Source: Macrostomum lignano
Taxonomy: Eukaryota
Length of the DNA: 64,000 bases
Assembly (NCBI GenBank): GCA_002269645.1
Contig: NIVC01001992.1
Span: forward strand, 124,001 to 188,000
Direction: 5' to 3'
Numbering within the stretch: position 1 is the first letter of the stretch; each line of letters begins with the position of its first letter. Of the stretch, positions 59,810 through 64,000 are shown in pieces. The translations under genes and the position numbers were made by a program. The notes under the pieces are model-generated. The model was not told the origin of the DNA. It did not search any database and was given only the letters and a program-made list of their open reading frames with translations.

Positions 59810-60740
59810 AAACAGCGCGGGAAAGCTCAAATTGGCGCGGGAAAGCTCAAATTGGCGCCCAAAGTCAAATTTGGTGCCAGGATCACCAAATCAGCGCCGG
59901 TCGGCGCCAGAATCGCCGAATCAGCGCCGGAATGCTGAAATCAGCTTTAGAAGACCTTAACCAGCGCTGGAAAGCTCCAATTGGCGCTAGAAAGCTCAAA
60001 TCGGCGCAGGATAGCTCAAATTGGCGCGGAAAAGCTCAAATTGGCGCCGGAAGTCAAATTTGGCGCCAGTATCACCAAATAAGCGCCGGTCGGCGCCAGG
60101 ATAGCCGAATCAGCGCTGGAATGCTGAAATCAGCGCCAAAAATCCCAGACCAGCGCTGGAAAGCTTAAATTGGCGCGGAAAAGCTCAAATTGGCGCCGGA
60201 AGTCAAATTTGGCGCCAGGATCACCAAATCGGGTCCAGTATCGCCAAATCAGCGCCGGAATGCTGAAATCAGCTTGAGAAGACCTTAACCAGCGTTTGAA
60301 AGCTCAAATTGGCGCTAGAAAGCTTAAATCGGCGCAGGATAGCTCAAATTGGCGCGGGAAGGCTCAAATTGGCGCCGGAAGTCAAATTTGGCGCCAGGAT
60401 CACCAAATCGGCGCCAGGATCGCCAAAACAGCGCCGGAATGCTGAAATCAGCGCCAAAAAGCCCGGACCAGCGCTGGAAAGCTCAAATTGGCGCGGGAAA
60501 GCTCAAATTGGCGCTGCAAGTCAAATTTGGCGCCAGGATCACCAAATCGGCGCCAGGATCGCCAAATTAGCGCCGGAATGCTGAAATCAGCGCCAAAAAG
60601 CCCGGACCAGCGCTGGAAAGCTCAAATCGGCGCGGGAAAGCTCAAATTGGCGCAGGATAGCTCAAATTGGCGCCGAAAGTCAAATTTGGCGCCAGGATCA
60701 CTAAATCGGCGCCAGGGTCCCTAAATCAGCGCTGGAATGT
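59810..60740. repeat. Complex higher-order satellite built from GGCGC-containing subunits (period roughly 140-180 bp)
   Basis: Recurring blocks ATGCTGAAATCAGCGCC...AAGCTCAAATTGGCGCGGGAAA...GTCAAATTTGGCGCCAGGATCACC. Confidence 0.9.
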
Positions 60741-60998
60741 GCCAACGGGCGTAGAAGTGACAGCATTTATCAGCTTGCTACTTCTGGGCGCAAAGTTTAA
60801 TGTACCAGCGCCAATTTCAGCCTTTGGGCGCCCATTTTAGCGCCCTTGCAAGGTCAATGCATTCAGTTCTCACGCAATGGAGCCAAAAAAAAGTTTTTTT
60901 ATCTTTTTTGAATTAGTGCCATGTATCTTGACAACCAATGCGAGTCAAGTTCCGGCGTCTGCTTCTCCACAGCCCCGCAATGGCATATCCTAACCATT

Positions 60999-61095
60999 GT
61001 GGGCTGGCCCGCGCTAAGGGAGCCCACCCCACCGTGGGGCGGACCCCGCTAACGGGCTATTTTTAGCGTGGGATGGGCTCCACTAACGGGCGGCC
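60999..61095 (-). mobile_element. Hairpin-forming dispersed element (copy 2, inverted relative to 47856-47952)
   Basis: Reverse complement aligns with copy 1 along its length, with scattered substitutions. Confidence 0.65.
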
Positions 61096-61399
61096 ATAAA
61101 CTGAAACAGCCCAGCCACCCCCTACAAAAGCCGCCACCCCGCGATCATCCACGCGTCCCAGACTATGGGAACGCGCGCCACCCTCCTGACAGGCGATGCG
61201 GGAGCGATGAAGAGGCACTGGGCTGACACTTCCAGTCTCTGCCGGCGCATGGAGTTATAGATAATAGCATCTGGATTGGAAAGCGAAAGGATGTCTTTTT
61301 AGAAAAGTTTACTTACTAGTGATTTCACAACTTTATAGTTCTTCATAAAGTAAAAAGAGAGTTCACTTCATTTGTGACAGTTCTACGAGCGTAGATTGT

Positions 61400-62335
61400 G
61401 AATGCTCTAGATTATGAATGCTCTAGATTGTGAATGCTCTAGATTGTGAATGCTCTAGATTGTGAATGCTCTAGATTGTGAATGCTCTAGATTGTGAATG
61501 CTCTAGATTGTGAATGCTCTAGATTGTGAATGCTCTAGATTGTGAATGCTCTAGATTGTGAATGCTCTAGATTGTGAATGCTCTAGATTGTGAATGCTCT
61601 AGATTGTGAATGCTCTAGATTGTGAATGCTCTAGATTGTGAATGCTCTAGATTGTGAATGCTCTAGATTGTGAATGCTCTAGATTGTGAAGGCTCTAGAC
61701 TGTGAATGCTCTAGATTATGAATGCTCTAGATTGTGAATGCTCTAGATTGTGAATGCTCTAGATTGTGAATGCTCTAGACTGTGAATGCTCTAGATTGTG
61801 AATGCTCTAGATTGTGAAGGCTCTAGACTGTGAATGCTCTAGATTATGAATGCTCTAGATTGTGAATGCTCTAGATTGTGAATGCTCTAGATTGTGAATG
61901 CTCTAGACTGTGAATGCTCTAGATTGTGAATGCTCTAGATTGTGAAGGTTCTAGACTGTGAAGGCTCTAGATTATGAATGCTTTAGATTGGGAATGCTCT
62001 AGATTGTGAATGCTCTAGATTGTGAATGCTCTAGATTGTGAATGCTCTAGATTGTGAATGCTCTAGATTGTGAATGCTCTAGATTGTGAAGGCTCTAGAT
62101 TATGAATGCTCTAGATTGTGAATGCTCTAGATTGTGAATGCTCTAGATTGTGAATGCTCTAGATTGTGAATGCTCTAGATTGTGAAGGCTCTAGACTGTG
62201 AATGCTCTAGATTGTGAATGCTCTAGATTGTGAATGCTCTAGATTGTGAATGCTCTAGATTGTGAATGCTCTAGATTGTGAATGCTCAAGATTGTGAATG
62301 CTCAAGATTGTGAATGCTCTAGATTGTGAAGGTTC
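61400..62335. repeat. 16-bp minisatellite GAATGCTCTAGATTGT, about 58 copies
   Basis: Seen directly. Confidence 0.98.
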
Positions 62336-62877
62336 TGGACCCACCACCCGACTGCCGCACCCCAAGGAGAGCATTCACCCATAATTGACACCCATGGTAA
62401 ACGAGGTGTTGATAAAAAAGAACTTGTTTCTATTTGCACACTGAGCTAAGCTGCCGGCCAGAATTTTCAAACGCAAACTCCGGTCTGCTAGAATTCTATA
62501 GAAATCCTTGGCCTGTGTTTACGACACCAGTAGCTCCTCTCTCTCCGGGATCAGGGGCGCCCGCATCTGTTGCGGTGCTAATTTGAAACGGAAGAGACTC
62601 GACAGGTAAATAACTAGTCCCAGTTGATGCTGGCAGAACAGCTTGAGGGAATAAATAATATCCGTGAGAACTAGACTGCAATAGAGGGAAAACAACAATG
62701 CTTATCGCAAAGGCCAAAGACTACTCAAGTAGGGCGGTAAAGTACGTTTCTGGGAAATTTTTAGGAGGCCGGTTTTATTGCAAAAATACATTGAGGAAGT
62801 TGGAGGTTTTCATTTTTTCAACACAAAAATTTTTATTGCTATTGATAGGAGGCAGGCCTAGTGTTTATCTTTTGATA

Positions 62878-63618
62878 TGACTTGCCTTTCTTAATGGCAC
62901 AGCTCGACTCATTCTCTACTCACATTTCACAACACGAAATAAGAAAATATAGGCGGAAGCAGTCACGGGCGATCCAGAAGTCTCGGATTGGGGCGTGCGT
63001 CAGGGAAGGTTGCAAAAGAGGGGGGACGAGAGGGCAGTTAGCGGGTGCTTATTGGGGAGATCCTGAGGATCTAGTAGTATTTAGGGGAAATTAGCCGGTC
63101 CTAGGGGGGATCGCCAGTCTGGGTATTGAGTTTCCCGAGGAAGGTTCGGTCTCGCTGGAAAAAAGAAGAACCAAAGGACGGAAACAGTACATCGAGAACA
63201 GGTCCCGAACCAGGGGAGCTCGAGGAGAAAAAGTGAAGAAGAGCAACAATGAACCGCTGACGCTCAGGGCTCAAAACGGGCTCCTATTTATAGCCCTGAG
63301 ATCACGCGTCACGCGTGGTGCGTGATATTGAAGGCCGGGACCTGTCCTTGACCTCCGTTATCAAGCAACCCTATAATGACGTCACATGCCAGTCGCACTG
63401 TGATTGGACGAGAAATTGAGGTGCGTCACAGCGGAGAAAATGATTTATGATGGGGGATTACGTAACAGGCGGGAAAAAGCTTGGGGAGATAGGGGGTCAT
63501 AAAACTATCACCGCGCATGAATGATTTCGAACAATAGAAAGGAGGTGGGCTTGGTGCCCGGGGGGAGTGGGATGGATGATAAGCATGAGTCATTGTGATG
63601 ACTCATCCCAATAAGTCA
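62878..63618 (-). mobile_element. Possible LTR-like fragment
   Basis: TGACTT...AAGTCA inverted termini and a minus-strand CTATAAATAGG TATA-like motif; shares motifs with 5026-5160. No TSD found, so boundaries are uncertain. Confidence 0.3.
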
Positions 63619-64000
63619 TCACTGGGACGCAGGGATCACAGGGGAGTAAGGGAGGGTGCGCAAAAATTAGTGGGGAGACTCAGGACGTGCCTACATCAAG
63701 TACTCCTATTAACATCAATAATTGAAACCAATATTTTACCACAAGGCTACTCTTAACAATTCGAACTTGTGGTCACACCACATGCACATCAAAGCCATCA
63801 AAAAGAATTCTCAAAGAAGCGGAGTACGTGGCCAATTGTTTAGCTCATAAAGCAAATTATTCATGTTTATTGCGTCAAACTCAGCTGTGTTCGATGACCA
63901 TCTAAAATGTATTTTCTAGCCATTCAAATTGGCTAGCCGCTTCTGAGTTGTGCTCAAAATGTTCAGCACAGGAGACTGGAGATTTCGGACAGGCAGCCTG

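Overview
Intron-containing animal genomic DNA, very rich in minisatellites. GC-rich exons, poly-Q/A tracts, satellite-filled introns and DEG/ENaC paralogs suggest a free-living flatworm such as Macrostomum (inference only). Host genes I can reconstruct with phase-consistent splice sites: an unidentified minus-strand gene (840-2481, continuing off the left edge), two divergent DEG/ENaC channels (11135-17139 minus, 3 exons; 30925-33239 plus, 2 exons), tRNA-splicing endonuclease TSEN2 (27215-28153 minus), a PAR-like bZIP (41857-42792 minus) head-to-head with a PTF1a/Fer3-type bHLH carrying a GC-AG intron (44861-46316 plus), and a frameshifted KDM3/JMJD1 relic missing from the ORF track (49146-50102). 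Mobile DNA includes a young Ngaro-type tyrosine-recombinase (YR) retrotransposon with split direct repeats (54729-58697), a solo LTR, hAT and PIF-like MITEs and a tRNA-SINE. The most striking signal is the expression layout of the Ngaro element. A SAP-domain ORF carries a strong splice donor that is in phase with a strong acceptor in front of the ATG-less YR ORF, predicting a spliced SAP-YR fusion. SAP-gag and gag-RT are joined by ATGA and TGATG stop/start overlaps, and an A_AAA_AAC -1 slippery site sits just before the gag stop. Other notable signals: unrelated minisatellites concentrated at 16/32-bp periods, arrays seeded on splice signals and a stop codon, and a TSEN2 ORF that may take its start codon from a spliced leader. 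All analysis was by eye, with no database searches.
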